From positions 1,986,001 through 2,050,000 of the forward strand of contig OZ249436.1 in the NCBI GenBank assembly GCA_965235115.1: DNA of 64,000 nucleotides. Direction: 5' to 3'. Made by a program: the position numbers and the translations under genes. Positions 1 to 14,088 of this stretch are shown here, piece by piece (the first letter of the stretch is position 1; the number at the start of each line of letters is the position of its first letter). The stretch comes from Laetmonice hystrix. Its lineage: Eukaryota. Below the pieces are notes generated by a model. The model made no database searches and had not been told where the DNA came from. It saw only the letters and a list, made by a program, of their open reading frames with translations.

Positions 1-1454
1 GATGGCCGCTGGGTGACAGCAGTTAGAGGTGTGTACGAGGTGGCAGGCGTGAAGGGACAGTGTTGTGGTACGTTATGACCCAAGGATGGCCGCTGGGTGA
101 CAGCAGTTAGAGGTGTGTACGAGGTGGTAGGCGTGAAGGGACAGTGTTGTGGTACGTTATGACCCAAGGATGGCCGCTGGGTGACAGCAGTTAGAGGTGT
201 GTACGAGGTGGCAGGCGTGAAGGGACAGTGTTGTGGTACGTTATGACCCAAGGATGGCCGCTGGGTGACAGCAGTTAGAGGTGTGTACGAGGTGGCAGGC
301 GTGAAGGGACAGTGACCCAAGGATGGCCGCTGGGTGACAGCAGTTAGAGGTGTGTACGAGGTGGCAGGCGTGAAGGGACAGTGTTGTGGTACGTTATGAC
401 CCAAGGATGGCCGCTGGGTGACAGCAGTTAGAGGTGTGTACGAGGTGGCAGGCGTGAAGGGACAGTGTTGTGGTACGTTATGACCCAAGGATGGCCGCTG
501 GGTGACAGCAGTTAGAGGTGTGTACGAGGTGGTAGGTGTGAAGGGACAGTGTTGTGGTACGTTATGACCCAAGGATGGCCGCTGGGTGACAGCAGTTAGA
601 GGTGTGTACGAGGTGGCAGGCGTGAAGGGACAGTGTTGTGGTACGTTATGACCCAAGGATGGCCGCTGGGTGACAGCAGTTAGAGGTGTACGAGGTGGTA
701 GGTGTGAAGGGACAGTGTTGTGGTACGTTATGACCCAAGGATGGCCGCTTGGTGACAGCAGTTAGAGGTGTGTACGAGGTGGCAGGCGTGAAGGGACAGT
801 GTTGTGGTACGTTATGACCCAAGGATGGCCGCTGGGTGACAGCAGTAGGAGGTGTGTACGAGGTGGCAGGCGTGAAGGGACAGTGTTGTGGTACGTTATG
901 ACCCAAGGATGGCCGCTTGGTGACAGCAGTTAGAGGTGTGTACGAGGTGGTAGGTGTGAAGGGACAGTGTTGTGGTACGTTATGACCCAAGGATGGCCGC
1001 TGGGTGACAGCAGTTAGAGGTGTGTACGAGGTGGTAGGTGTGAAGGGACAGTGTTGTGGTACGTTATGACCCAAGGATGGCCGCTGGGTGACAGCAGTAG
1101 GAGGTGTGTACGAGGTGGCAGGCGTGAAGGGACAGTGTTGTGGTACGTTATGACCCAAGGATGGCCGCTGGATGACAGTAGTTAGAGGTGTGTACGAGGT
1201 GGCAGACGTGAAGGGACAGTGTTGTGGTACGTTATGACCCAAGGATGGCCGCTGGGTGACAGCAGTTAGAGGTGTGTACGGGGTGGCAGGCGTGAAGGGA
1301 CAGTGTTGTGGTACGTTATGACCCAAGGATGGCCGCTGGGTGACAGCAGTTAGAGGTGTGTACGAGGTGGCAGGCGTGAAGGGACAGTGTTGTGGTATGT
1401 TATGACCCAAGGATGGCCCCTGGGTGACAGCAGTTAGAGGTGTGTACGAGGTGG
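1..1454. repeat. Minisatellite, 84-bp unit, ~17.5 copies, runs off the left edge of the window
   Basis: Unit gatggccgctgggtgacagcagttagaggtgtgtacgaggtggcaggcgtgaagggacagtgttgtggtacgttatgacccaag starts at 1, 85, 169, 253. One copy has a 15-bp deletion near 314. Confidence 0.97.
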
Positions 1455-2897
1455 TTGTAATAAAGGACCCCGCCCCCTCCCAGGAAGTAGTAAATTATCC
1501 GGATCACCCGGACATCCTAATACCCGTAGGATTGGACACTGTTCGCTGGGAGGTTTGACAGCCACACCATGGTACCTGAATCGACATGAGTCCCAATTTC
1601 CAATCCTCGTAACATCAGTGTCGCTTAACCACGGATTGTTCACAAGGACATGCTGACTTGTGCCGTAAGCTGTAATTGTACTGATCGTAGGAGTAAGTCC
1701 AGTCAAAGAATCGTGATTCTTGCCTCAGAAAATACAGCGCCGGAGACGTCTTAATGTAGATGTTAAGATATTGCTGGAATAAGTGAAATATGATGTTACT
1801 GGTGGAGTCATGATTATGTTCTCTGGCCTTTGTATTTGTGCTGGGGAAGGGGTGAGGACCGTACATCTCCACAGATGATCTTCGCCCCCTGACACGAGTC
1901 GACTGTTGGAAGGTTACATCCTCGTGGTAAATCTCCACGGAATTTGGTGATAAAAAGTAACAATTGAACCTCACCCTAACCCTCCACCCCCCCTTCCCCA
2001 GACCTTCTCCAAGAAAACATATCCCTTTCCCTTTCCCCTCACCGCCACTTCAGTGGGACAGTTACTGTGGGGTTAACGGTGGGAATGCAATCCTCCAACA
2101 CAGGCCAGGATCAGAATCCTGTCAGGAAACACGCAATCCTTCCATCAGCGCACTGACACGGACAACACTGGAGGAAACCATGTCGTGAGGAACTTGTAGA
2201 AAAGAGGAATGGTGGGGTCGTTGAGTCACATCATGACGAGCAGTCTGGGTAACTTTTTGCGAGAGAAACGCAGCTCAATTTACGCTGGTTTGTATATAGA
2301 ACATCAAAGAGTTATGATATACCGTATGTCGGGTCTGATGTTCACCAGTCGGCGAAGTCATCTTCGGCCGTTTTTTCTCTCGTGTTTAGTCAGTATCAGA
2401 GTGAGTCACCAGGAGTGTGAGTAGGTGAGGGGAAGGTACAGACGGACTAAGTCAATCAGTATGACTCATGGGGAGGACCCTGTGGTCTGAACGTTCAGAC
2501 AAACATATATGGACGTTTCGTCACCCTGAATACAACACCCTGTCTTCCTCAGCTTTCCATATGTAGTGTTGGGATTGACTGCTACTGCTACTGCAAACAC
2601 TCCCTCTCGCCAGTCGATATGACAAATATATAATATAACAACAGTCAGCTAGCTTAGATATCTGTGTTGATTTTTGAAATTACAGTTGTCATTATACGTA
2701 TCACTAATTGAAGTTGGTAAGGTACGGACCATGCTGATCTGTCGCCAGATTAAAAAAACGTTAATATCAGATAGTATCGGTTGATAAGTGGCCGTTTTTG
2801 TCAGGGCTTGTGTCTGTAAATACCAGCGTTACTGAGATTGTGTCGAGTAAAGATGAGATTTGTAACACGTGACGTTGTAGGGCCTACATGTATGGTT

Positions 2898-3279
2898 TGA
2901 ACCGTGTTTACATGTAGTTCTGATACTGAACCGTGTGTACATACATGTAGTTCTGATACTAAATCGTGTGTACATACATGTAGTTCTGATACTGAACCGT
3001 GTGTACATACATGTAGTTCTGATACTGAACCGTGTGTACATACATGTAGTTCTGATACTGAACCGTGTGTACATACATGTAGTTCTGATACTGAACCGTG
3101 TGTACATACATGTAGATACTGAACCGTGTGTACATACATGTAGTTCTGATACTGAACCGTGTGTACATACATGTAGTTCTGATACTGAACCGTGTGTACA
3201 TACATGTAGTTCTGATACTGAACCGTGTGTACATACGTTCTGATATTGAACCGTGTGTACATACATGTAGTTCTGATAC
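2898..3279. repeat. Minisatellite, 33-bp unit, ~11-12 copies
   Basis: Unit actgaaccgtgtgtacatacatgtagttctgat; 11-aa periodicity in the overlapping ORFs. Confidence 0.95.
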
Positions 3280-3367
3280 CTTCCTGGTATCAACTTCACT
3301 CTCTGACGTATCTAAGGTAAGAGATGACCTTGAACAAACATCTCGTAACATGATCCGGTCATATATC

Positions 3368-5703
3368 TGAGGTTGAACTCACCGATCTGGTAATATATGA
3401 CCTTCACCTGTCCTTGACACGCCTACCATCGTGAGTACCAGACCAACAACTGAGGTTGAACTCACCGATCTGGTAATAGAGATATATGACCTTCACCTGT
3501 CCTTGACACGCCTACCATCGTGAGTACCAGACCAACAACTGAGGTTGAACTCACCGGTCTGGTAATAGAGATATATGACCTTCACCTGTCCTTGACACGC
3601 CTACCATCGTGAGTACCAGACCAACAACTGAGGTTGAACTCACCCTGGTAATAGAGATATATGACCTTCACCTGTCCTTGACACGCCTACCATCGTGAGT
3701 ATCAGACCGACAACTGAGGTTGAACTCACCGATCTGGTAATAGAGATATATGACCTTCACCTGTCCTTGACACGCCTACCATCGTGAGTACCAGACCAAC
3801 AACTGAGGTTGAACTCACCGATCTGGTAATAGAGATATATGACCTTCACCTGTCCTTGACACGCCTACCATCGTGAGTACCAGACCAACAACTGAGGTTG
3901 AACTCACCGATCTGCTAATAGAGATATATGACCTTCACCTGTCCTTGACACGCCTACCATCGTGAGTACCAGACCAACAACTGAGGTTGAACTCACCGAT
4001 CTGGTAATAGAGATATATGACCTTCACCTGTCCTTGACACGTCTACCATCGTGAGTACCAGACCAACAACTGAGGTTGAACTCACCGATCTGCTAATAGA
4101 GATATATGACCTTCACCTGTCCTTGACACGCCTACCATCGTGAGTACCAGACCAACAACTGAGGTTGAACTCACCGGTCTGGTAATAGAGATATATGACC
4201 TTCACCTGTCCTTGACACGCCTACCATCGTGAGTACCAGACCAACAACTGAGGTTGAACTCACCGGTCTGGTAATAGAGATATATGACCTTCACCTGTCC
4301 TTGACACGTCTACCATCGTGAGTACCAGACCAACAACTGAGGTTGAACTCACCGGTCTGGTAATAGAGATATATGACCTTCACCTGTCCTTGACACGCCT
4401 ACCATCGTGAGTACCAGACCAACAACTGAGGTTGAACTCACCGGTCTGGTAATAGAGATATATGACCTTCACCTGTCCTTGACACGTCTACCATCGTGAG
4501 TACCAGACCAACAACTGAGGTTGAACTCACCGATCTGCTAATAGAGATATATGACCTTCACCTGTCCTTGACACGCCTACCATCGTGAGTACCAGACCAA
4601 CAACTGAGGTTGAACTCACCGGTCTGGTAATAGAGATATATGACCTTCACCTGTCCTTGACACGCCTACCATCGTGAGTACCAGACCAACAACCGAGGTT
4701 GAACTCACCGGTCTGGTAATAGAGATATATGACCTTCACCTGTCCTTGACACGTCTACCATCGTGAGTACCAGACCAACAACTGAGGTTGAACTCACCGG
4801 TCTGGTAATAGAGATATATGACCTTCACCTGTCCTTGACACGCCTACCATCGTGAGTACCAGACCAACAACTGAGGTTGAACTCACCGGTCTGGTAATAG
4901 AGATATATGACCTTCACCTGTCCTTGACACGTCTACCATCGTGAGTACCAGACCAACAACTGAGGTTGAACTCACTGATCTGGTAATAGAGATATATGAC
5001 CTTCACCTGTCCTTGACACGTCTACCATCGTGAGTACCAGACCAACAACTGAGGTTGAACTCACCGATCTGGTAATAGAGATATATGACCTTCACCTGTC
5101 CTTGACACGCCTACCATCGTGAGTACCAGACCAACAACTGAGGTTGAACTCACCGATCTGGTAATAGAGATATATGACCTTCACCTGTCCTTGACACGCC
5201 TATCATCGTGAGTACCAGACCAACAACTGAGGTTGAACTCACCCTGGTAATACAGATATATGACCTTCACCTGTCCTTGACACGCCTACCATCGTGAGTA
5301 CCAGACCAACAACTGAGGTTGAACTCACCGATCTGGTAATAGAGATATATGACCTTCACCTGTCCTTGACACGCCTACCATCGTGAGTACCAGACCAACA
5401 ACTGAGGTTGAACTCACCGATCTGGTAATAGAGATATATGACTTTCACCTGTCCTTGACACGCCTACCATCGTGAGTACCAGACCAACAACTGAGGTTGA
5501 ACTCACCGATCTGGTAATAGAGATATATGACCTTCACCTGTCCTTGACACGCCTATCATCGTGAGTACCAGACCAACAACTGAGGTTGAACTCACCCTGG
5601 TAATACAGATATATGACCTTCACCTGTCCTTGACACGCCTACCATCGTGAGTACCAGACCAACAACTGAGGTTGAACTCACCGGTCTGGTAATACAGATA
5701 TAT
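3368..5703. repeat. Minisatellite, 89-bp unit, ~26 copies
   Basis: Unit ctgaggttgaactcaccgatctggtaatagagatatatgaccttcacctgtccttgacacgcctaccatcgtgagtaccagaccaacaa; period 89 (3451 to 3540). Confidence 0.97.
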
Positions 5704-6573
5704 TGATCAGCCACAGAGAATTTTACATTTATTATCTACTGCCAAAGGCAGACAAATCGGGAGGACATGATCTTTTTGTTAGACAGTCAGACATTCGGAT
5801 TGCCAGTTTGAAGTTTGAACAAGCTGGTTCGATGGTGGCGGCCATCCTGTTGACAAATGTTTGTCATATCCTTGTTGACATTTATACCCGACGTTTGTTG
5901 GGACAAGGAGTCAAGTACTGGTATGACAGTATATTGGTATCGATCCAGCATAGAGATTATCTGTTTTACGTCAACCAGGATTTCATCACTGAAACACCAT
6001 GCGATTTCGCGTCTGTAGTCAAGATAAACAACTGTTGGCACGGGAACGTGGCCATTTTTTAACACTAGAAATATTCGTATTTATTGGGAGATGTAGTTTG
6101 ATTTGGAGGATCTTCGAATCTAATTGGTAATAGTAGGGCAAGGCTAGGGATGGAGATAAGTTCTTTCGTTTTGTTTGGTAGGGGGGGGGGGGTCTAAGGA
6201 GCAAGTTTAGCGATAGAATTTGAACTGTTACCGCCATATTTGGTGGATATGTTACGATGGTGAACCTCTATTTGCCAGAGCAGACCTATATAATCGTCCC
6301 TGGCAAACACTTAGTGTACCCAATTCCCAGTGTGTAGATTTTGTCATGAATTATTGATTGATAAGGGTTGTGATTAGTGTGTTATCAAGGCAGTTGTTAC
6401 TGTTGCGACCCTTATTTAGATAGACATGCTAATGTGTTTGGTAATGAGAGAACTGGTCAGAATTCGGTACGGTGCGGGTCGTTGACGTTAGAGTCTGTAA
6501 TTTGAAAACTCGGACTGTCAACTGCCTGCTGGTAGGGGTATGGCCAGGATGACATACTGTCAGCAGGAACCGT

Positions 6574-6644
6574 AGGAGGAGGAAGAGGAGGAGGGGGAGG
6601 AGGAGGAGGAGGAGGAGGAGGAGGGAAGGAGGAAGGGGAGGGGG
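6574..6644. repeat. Imperfect (GGA)n microsatellite / polypurine tract
   Basis: aggaggagga... run directly visible. Confidence 0.9.
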
Positions 6645-6912
6645 ATGTAAGGGTAGGAGGCGGTGTCCTCACCTTTTAATAATGGAGAGGACTAGGAAGG
6701 GGGTGGCCACTGTGGAGTCCTCAACACCTGATGATGATGGAAATCCGATGATGAGGACTACCAGGCAGTATGTAAAGTCCTGATACTAGGAGGCTGTGTG
6801 TAAAGTCCTCAATATCTGATGATGATAAGGAGTAGGAGGTTGCGTGTGAAGTCCTCAACATTCGATGATTAAGACTTCCCAGCTGTAGATAAGCTGTCCT
6901 AGAGAACTCTAC

Positions 6913-9140
6913 CCGTGCTGAGAACTAGAGTTACAGCCACCGAACACAATGTCTGAACCACCCGCCCTGGCTGAGAACTAGAGTTACAGCCACCAAACAC
7001 AATGTCTGAACCACCCGGCGGTGCTGAGAACCAGAGTTACAGCCACCAAACACAATGTCTGAACCACCCGGCCGTGCTGAGAACTAGAGTTACAGCCACC
7101 AAACACAATGTCTGAACCACCCGGTGGTGCTGAGAACCAGAGTTACAGCCACCAAACACAATGTCTGAACCACCCGGCCGTGCTGAGAACTAGAGTTACA
7201 GCCACCAAACACAATGTCTGAACCACCCGGCGGTGCTGAGAACTAGAGTTACAGCCACCAAACACAATGTCTGAACCACCCGGCGGTGCTGAGAACTAGA
7301 GTTACAGCCACCAAACACAATGTCTGAACCACCCGCCCTGGCTGAGAACCAGAGTTACAGCCACCAAACACAATGTCTGAACCACCCGGCCGTGCTGAGA
7401 ACTAGAGTTACAGCCACCAAACACAATGTCTGAACCACCCGGCGGTGCTGAGAACTAGAGTTACAGCCACCAAACACAATGTCTGAACCACCCGGCCGTG
7501 CTGAGAACCAGAGTTACAGCCACCAAACACAATGTCTGAACCACCCGGCCGTGCTGAGAACTAGAGTTACAGCCACCAAACACAATGTCTGAACCACCCG
7601 GCCGTGCTGAGAACTAGAGTTACAGCCACCAAACACAATGTCTGAACCACCCGGCCGTGCTGAGAACTAGAGTTACAGCCACCAAACACAATGTCTGAAC
7701 CACCCGGCCGCGCTGAGAACCAGTTACAGCCACCAAACACAATGTCTGAACCACCTGCCCTGGCTGAGAACTAGAGTTACAGCCACCAAACACAATGTCT
7801 GAACCACCCGGCGGTGCTGAGAACCAGAGTTACAGCCACCAAACACAATGTCTGAACCACCCGGCGGTGCTGAGAACCAGAGTTACAGCCACCAAACACA
7901 ATGTCTGAACCACCCGCCCTGGCTGAGAACCAGAGTTACAGCCACCAAACACAATGTCTGAACCACCCGGCCGTGCTGAGAACCAGAGTTACAGCCACCA
8001 AACACAATGTCTGAACCACCCGGCCGTGCTGAGAACCACAGTTACAGCCACCAAACACAATGTCTGAACCACCCGGCGGTGCTGAGAACCAGAGTTACAG
8101 CCACCAAACACAATGTCTGAACCACCCGGCCTGGCTGAGAACCAGAGTTACAGCCACCAAACACAATGTCTGAACCACCCGGCGGTGCTGAGAACCAGAG
8201 TTACAGCCACCAAACACAATGTCTGAACCACCCGGCCGTGCTGAGAACTAGAGTTACAGCCACCAAACACAATGTCTGAACCACCCGGCCGTGCTGAGAA
8301 CCAGAGTTACAGCCACCAAACACAATGTCTGAACCACCCGGCCGCGCTGAGAACCAGAGTTACAGCCACCAAACACAATATCTGAACCACCCGGCGGTGC
8401 TGAGAACCAGAGTTACAGCCACCAAACACAATGTCTGAACCACCCGGCGGTGCTGAGAACCAGAGTTACAGCCACCAAACACAATGCCTGAACCACCCGG
8501 TGGTGCTGAGAACCAGAGTTACAGCCACCAAACACAATGTCTGAACCACCCGCCCTGGCTGAGAACCAGAGTTACAGCCACCAAACACAATGTCTGAACC
8601 ACCCGCCCTGGCTGAGAACCAGAGTTACAGCCACCAAACACAATGTCTGAACCACCCGCCCTGGCTGAGAACCAGAGTTACAGCCACCAAACACAATGTC
8701 TGAACCACCAGGTGGTGCTGAGAACCAGAGTTACAGCCACCAAACACAATGTCTGAACCACCCGGCGGTGCTGAGAACCAGAGTTACAGCCACCAAACAC
8801 AATGTCTGAACCACCCGGCCTGGCTGAGAACCAGAGTTACAGCCACCAAACACAATGTCTGAACCACCCGCCCTGGCTGAGAACCAGAGTTACAGCCACC
8901 AAACACAATGTCTGAACCACCCGCCCTGGCTGAGAACCAGAGTTACAGCCACCAAACACAATGTCTGAACCACCCGGCGGTGCTGAGAACCAGAGTTACA
9001 GCCACCAAACACAATGTCTGAACCACCCGGTGGTGCTGAGAACCAGAGTTACAGCCACCAAACACAATGTCTGAACCACCCGGCGGTGCTGAGAACCAGA
9101 GTTACAGCCACCAAACACAATGTCTGAACCACCCGGCGGT
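6913..9140. repeat. Minisatellite, 53-bp unit, ~42 copies
   Basis: Unit gctgagaac(c/t)agagttacagccaccaaacacaatgtctgaaccacccggcggt; period 53 (9067 to 9120). Confidence 0.97.
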
Positions 9141-9371
9141 TCACACCAAGGATTTGTCCCCTTCATCGTTATGCGTTTATCATGTCATAAAACAGATGAT
9201 CCACCGCCGTGCGCTGTCCTCGGCCTGCCGCGTGGTGATTCCTCCACAGGTGTAGCGGTAGAGGTTAGCGTTAAGGGCAGCGTTAGAGCCAGGGATAATT
9301 TTTACGGGAAGGTCTAGGGGCCGAGGTCAGGGGCAAGGGTTAGGTTTGGGATTAGAAAGAGCGATAGATTT

Positions 9372-9681
9372 GTTTTTGACTTACCACCAGAATTTGTGGG
9401 GGTGTTTGTCTTATCACCAAGTGTTGTGGGGGTGTTGGTCCCACCACCAGATTTTGTAGGGGTGTTTGTCTTATCACCAGGTTTTGTGGGGGTGTTTGTC
9501 TTATCACCAGGTTTTGTGGGGGTGTTTGTCTTATCACCAGATTTTGTGGGAGTGTTTGGCTTACCACCAGATTTTGTGGGGGTTTTTGTCTTACCACCAG
9601 ATTTTATGGGGGTGTTTGTCTTATCACCAGATTTTGTGGGATTTTTTGTCTTACCACCAGATTTTGTGGGGGTTTTACCAG
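9372..9681. repeat. Diverged minisatellite, 30-bp unit, ~10 copies
   Basis: Unit ttatcaccagattttgtgggggtgtttgtc; columns align at 30-bp offset. Confidence 0.93.
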
Positions 9682-10075
9682 AAGAATCCACCAGCCACTC
9701 CAAGGTTTCGTTGAGATAAACGTCGACCCTTTCTCACTGTGCCTCTTTCAGTCAGCACCGATTGGAGATTTTTGCCGTGGAGTTGCGAACAACCCAAACG
9801 ACGTTCATAACAACACTGAAGAAGTAAAGGTTAAAGTAATTGACATAATATCTAGGAAAACATTGTTTCAAACGTGGCAGAGTAAATATGTGATATAACT
9901 GCGTCATGTAGGCTACATATTTTCTGATCGAACATCTGGGTCAGATCTTTTTAACCAGTAGTTAAATTTAAGAATGAGTAGATCAAACCTAAACTCGTAT
10001 AATATAAATACGAGGACGAGTGCCAGTAAGCCGTGCCTGGCTGTAACGTTAACTCTTCAAATATCATCTTACAGC

Positions 10076-10437
10076 AGGCTGTAGAGAGAGATTTGTAGGC
10101 TGTAGAGAGAGATTTGTAGGCTGTAGAGAGAGATTTGTAGGCTGTAGAGAGAAATTTCTAGGCTGTAGAGAGAGATTTCTAAGCTGTAGAGAGAGATTTC
10201 TAGGCTGTAGAGAGAGATTTCTAGGCTGTAGAGAGAAATTTCTAGGCTGTAGAGAGAGATTTCTAGGCTGTAGAGAGAGATTTCTAGGCTGTAGAGAGAG
10301 ATTTCTAGGCTGTAGAGAGAAATTTCTAGGCTGTAGAGAGAAATTTCTAGGCTGTAGGGAGAGATTTCTAGGCTGTAGAGAGAGATTTCTAGGCTGTAGA
10401 GAGAAATTTCTAGGCTGTAGAGAGAGATTTCTAGGCT
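10076..10437. repeat. Minisatellite, 21-bp unit, ~17 copies
   Basis: Unit taggctgtagagagagatttc. Confidence 0.95.
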
Positions 10438-10807
10438 TTATTTTGGTATCTCACTCTAGGTTCAACCATTACCTCCTCAGAATATATTACTGTTTATTGT
10501 AAACATTAAATCTGTAAATTATAATAATCTTGACTTTAAAGTAAATAATATATTTTTCAAAGGTCGTATTTTACGACCCCCCCCCTAATCCATCTGGTCT
10601 GATTTGTCTAACACTAGTGTACGGTTAGTTCCTTGCCTGTTCATTTAGTCTGTCCATTGGTATTCTTGTTCTACATTCATCATTTAGGGTGCGCTTTATA
10701 TTCTAAGTTAAATAATGCATCGAACATTCTCAACACTAGAAGTGGAGATGCTTCAGGATTAGGAGGGAACAAATGATATTTGGTGAGAAAATTGAGAAAA
10801 ATGTGGT

Positions 10808-11269
10808 CAGCATACATTGAGTAAGGGAATAATGGGTGTGGTGGTGAGGTGGTTGTAGAATGTGTGCAGCATACATTGAGTAAGGGAATAATGGGTGTGG
10901 TGGTGAGGTGGTTGTACAATGTGTGCAGCATACATTGAGTAAGGGAATAATGGGTGTGGTGGTGAGGTGGTTGTACAATGTGTGCAGCATACATTGAGTA
11001 AGGGAATAATGGGTGTGGTGGTGAGGTGGTTGTACAATGTGTGCAGCATACATTGAGTAAGGGAATAATGGGTGTGGTGGTGAGGTGGTTGTACAATGTG
11101 TGCAGCATACATTGAGTAAGGGAATAATGGGTGTGGTGGTGAGGTGGTTGTACAATGTGTGCAGCATACATTGAGTAAGGGAATAATGGGTGTGGTGGTG
11201 AGGTGGTTGTACAATGTGTGCAGCATACATTGAGTAAGGGAATAATGGGTGTGGTGGTGAGGTGGTTGT
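10808..11269. repeat. Minisatellite, 59-bp unit, ~8 copies
   Basis: Unit cagcatacattgagtaagggaataatgggtgtggtggtgaggtggttgtacaatgtgtg, nearly identical copies. Confidence 0.96.
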
Positions 11270-11439
11270 GTTGGCGGTGTGGTTAGGGGGAGTAGAGGGA
11301 TGAGAGGTGGAGTGAGGCAGGGAGGGAGGGAGAAGGGAGAGGAGGAGGATGGGAGTACTTAAGACGGAACGAAGGAGAGATGGGAGGGAGGGAACAGGTG
11401 GGCAAGGAATGAGAGGGACAGAATTAGGGAAAGGGGGAA

Positions 11440-14088
11440 GAGGAGAGGGAGGGGGCGAGTCGGCAGTATGTATAATGCCCTGTGTACCCTCCCCGCCGTG
11501 TCAGGGGGGGAGGGGAGGGAGGGGGCGAGTCGGCAGTATGTATAATGCCCTGTGTGCCCTCCCCGCCGTGTCAGGGGGAGGAGGGGAGGGAGGGGGCGAG
11601 TCGGCAGTATGTATAATGCCCTGTGTACCCTCCCCGCCGTGTCAGGGGGAGGAGGGGAGGGAGGGGGCGAGTCGGCAGTATGTATAATGCCCTGTGTGCC
11701 CTCCCCGCCGTGTCAGGGGGAGGAGGGGAGGGAGGGGGCGAGTCGGCAGTATGTATAATGCCCTGTGTGCCCTCCCCGCCGTGTCAGGGGGAGGAGGGGA
11801 GGGAGGGGGCGAGTCGGCAGTATGTATAATGCCCTGTGTACCCTCCCCGCCGTGTCAGGGGGAGGAGGGGAGGGAGGGGGCGAGTCGGCAGTATGTATAA
11901 TGCCCTGTGTGCCCTTCCCGCCGTGTCAGGGGGAGGAGGGGAGGGAGGGGCGAGTCGGCAGTATGTATAATGCCCTGTGTACCCTCCCCGCCGTGTCAGG
12001 GGGAGGAGGGGAGGGAGGGGGCGAGTCGGCAGTATGTATAATGCCCTGTGTGCCCTTCCCGCCGTGTCAGGGGGAGGAGGGGAGGGAGGGGCGAGTCGGC
12101 AGTATGTATAATGCCCTGTGTACCCTCCCCGCCGTGTCAGGGGGAGGAGGAGAGGGAGGGGGCGAGTCGGCAGTATGTATAATGCCCTGTGTACCCTCCC
12201 CGCCGTGTCAGGGGGAGGAGGAGAGGGAGGGGGCGAGTCGGCAGTATGTATAATGCCCTGTGTGCCCTTCCCGCCGTGTCAGGGGGAGGAGGGGAGGGAG
12301 GGGCGAGTCGGCAGTATGTATAATGCCCTGTGTACCCTCCCCGCCGTGTCAGGGGGAGGAGGGGAGGGAGGGGGCGGGTCGGCAGTATGTATAATGCCCT
12401 GTGTACCCTCCCCGCCGTGTCAGGGGGAGGAGGGGAGGGAGGGGGCGAGTCGGCAGTATGTATAATGCCCTGTGTGCCCTCCCCGCCGTGTCAGGGGGAG
12501 GAGGGGAGGGAGGGGGCGAGTCGGCAGTATGTATAATGCCCTGTGTGCCCTCCCCGCCGTGTCAGGGGGAGGAGGGGAGGGAGGGGGCGAGTCGGCAGTA
12601 TGTATAATGCCCTGTGTGCCCTCCCCGCCGTGTCAGGGGGAGGAGGGGAGGGAGGGGGCGAGTCGGCAGTATGTATAATGCCCTGTGTGCCCTCCCCGCC
12701 GTGTCAGGGGGAGGAGGGGAGGGAGGGGGCGAGTCGGCAGTATGTATAATGTCCTGTGTACCCTCCCCGCCGTGTCAGGGGGAGGAGGGGGAGGGGGCGG
12801 GTCGGCAGTATGTATAATGCCCTGTGTGCCCTCCCCGCCGTGTCAGGGGGAGGAGGGGAGGGAGGGGGCGAGTCGGCAGTATGTATAATGCCCTGTGTGC
12901 CCTCCCCGCCGTGTCAGGGGGAGGAGGGGGAGGGGGCGAGTCGGCAGTATGTATAATGCCCTGTGTGCCCTCCCCGCCGTGTCAGGGGGAGGAGGGGAGG
13001 GAGGGGGCGAGTCGGCAGTATGTATAATGTCCTGTGTACCCTCCCCGCCGTGTCAGGGGGAGGAGGGGGAGGGGGCGGGTCGGCAGTATGTATAATGCCC
13101 TGTGTGCCCTCCCCGCCGTGTCAGGGGGAGGAGGGGAGGGAGGGGGCGAGTCGGCAGTATGTATAATGCCCTGTGTGCCCTCCCCGCCGTGTCAGGGGGA
13201 GGGGAGGGAGGGGGCGAGTCGGCAGTATGTATAATGTCCTGTGTACCCTCCCCGCCGTGTCAGGGGGAGGAGGGGAGGGAGGGGGCGAGTCGGCAGTATG
13301 TATAATGCCCTGTGTGCCCTCCCCGCCGTGTCAGGGGGAGGGGAGGGAGGGGGCGAGTCGGCAGTATGTATAATGTCCTGTGTACCCTCCCCGCCGTGTC
13401 AGGGGGAGGAGGGGAGGGAGGGGGCGAGTCGGCAGTATGTATAATGCCCTGTGTGCCCTCCCCGCCGTGTCAGGGGGAGGAGGGGAGGGAGGGGGCGAGT
13501 CGGCAGTATGTATAATGCCCTGTGTGCCCTCCCCGCCGTGTCAGGGGGAGGGGAGGGAGGGGGCGAGTCGGCAGTATGTATAATGTCCTGTGTACCCTCC
13601 CCGCCGTGTCAGGGGGAGGAGGGGAGGGAGGGGGCGAGTCGGCAGTATGTATAATGCCCTGTGTGCCCTCCCCGCCGTGTCAGGGGGAGGAGGGGAGGGA
13701 GGGGGCGAGTCGGCAGTATGTATAATGCCCTGTGTACCCTCCCCGCCGTGTCAGGGGGAGGAGGGGGAGGGGGCGGGTCGGCAGTATGTATAATGCCCTG
13801 TGTGCCCCCCCCCGCCGTGTCAGGGGGAGGAGGGGAGGGAGGGGGCGAGTCGGCAGTATGTATAATGCCCTGTGTACCCTCCCCGCCGTGTCAGGGGGAG
13901 GAGGGGGAGGGGGCGGGTCGGCAGTATGTATAATGCCCTGTGTGCCCCCCCCCCCGCCGTGTCAGGGGGAGGAGGGGAGGGAGGGGGCGAGTCGGCAGTA
14001 TGTATAATGCCCTGTGTACCCTCCCCGCCGTGTCAGGGGGAGGAGGGGGAGGGGGCGGGTCGGCAGTATGTATAATGCCCTGTGTGCC
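11440..14088. repeat. G-rich minisatellite, 68-71-bp unit, ~37 copies, G-quadruplex potential on +
   Basis: Unit gagtcggcagtatgtataatgccctgtgtgccctccccgccgtgtcagggggaggaggggagggagggggc with four G-runs of 3 or more per unit; ORF starts recur every 71 bp. Confidence 0.96.

Noticed and set aside
1841..2433. Inverted purine/pyrimidine matches (ctggggaagggg/ccccttccccag; ggtgaggggaa/ttcccctcacc)
   Set aside because: Short, low-complexity and without a TSD; compatible with chance.
9314..9703. 129-aa TPTK-repeat (histone-tail-like) ORF
   Set aside because: Coextensive with a 30-bp minisatellite; unit differences are largely non-synonymous, other frames are open too, and there is no splice support.
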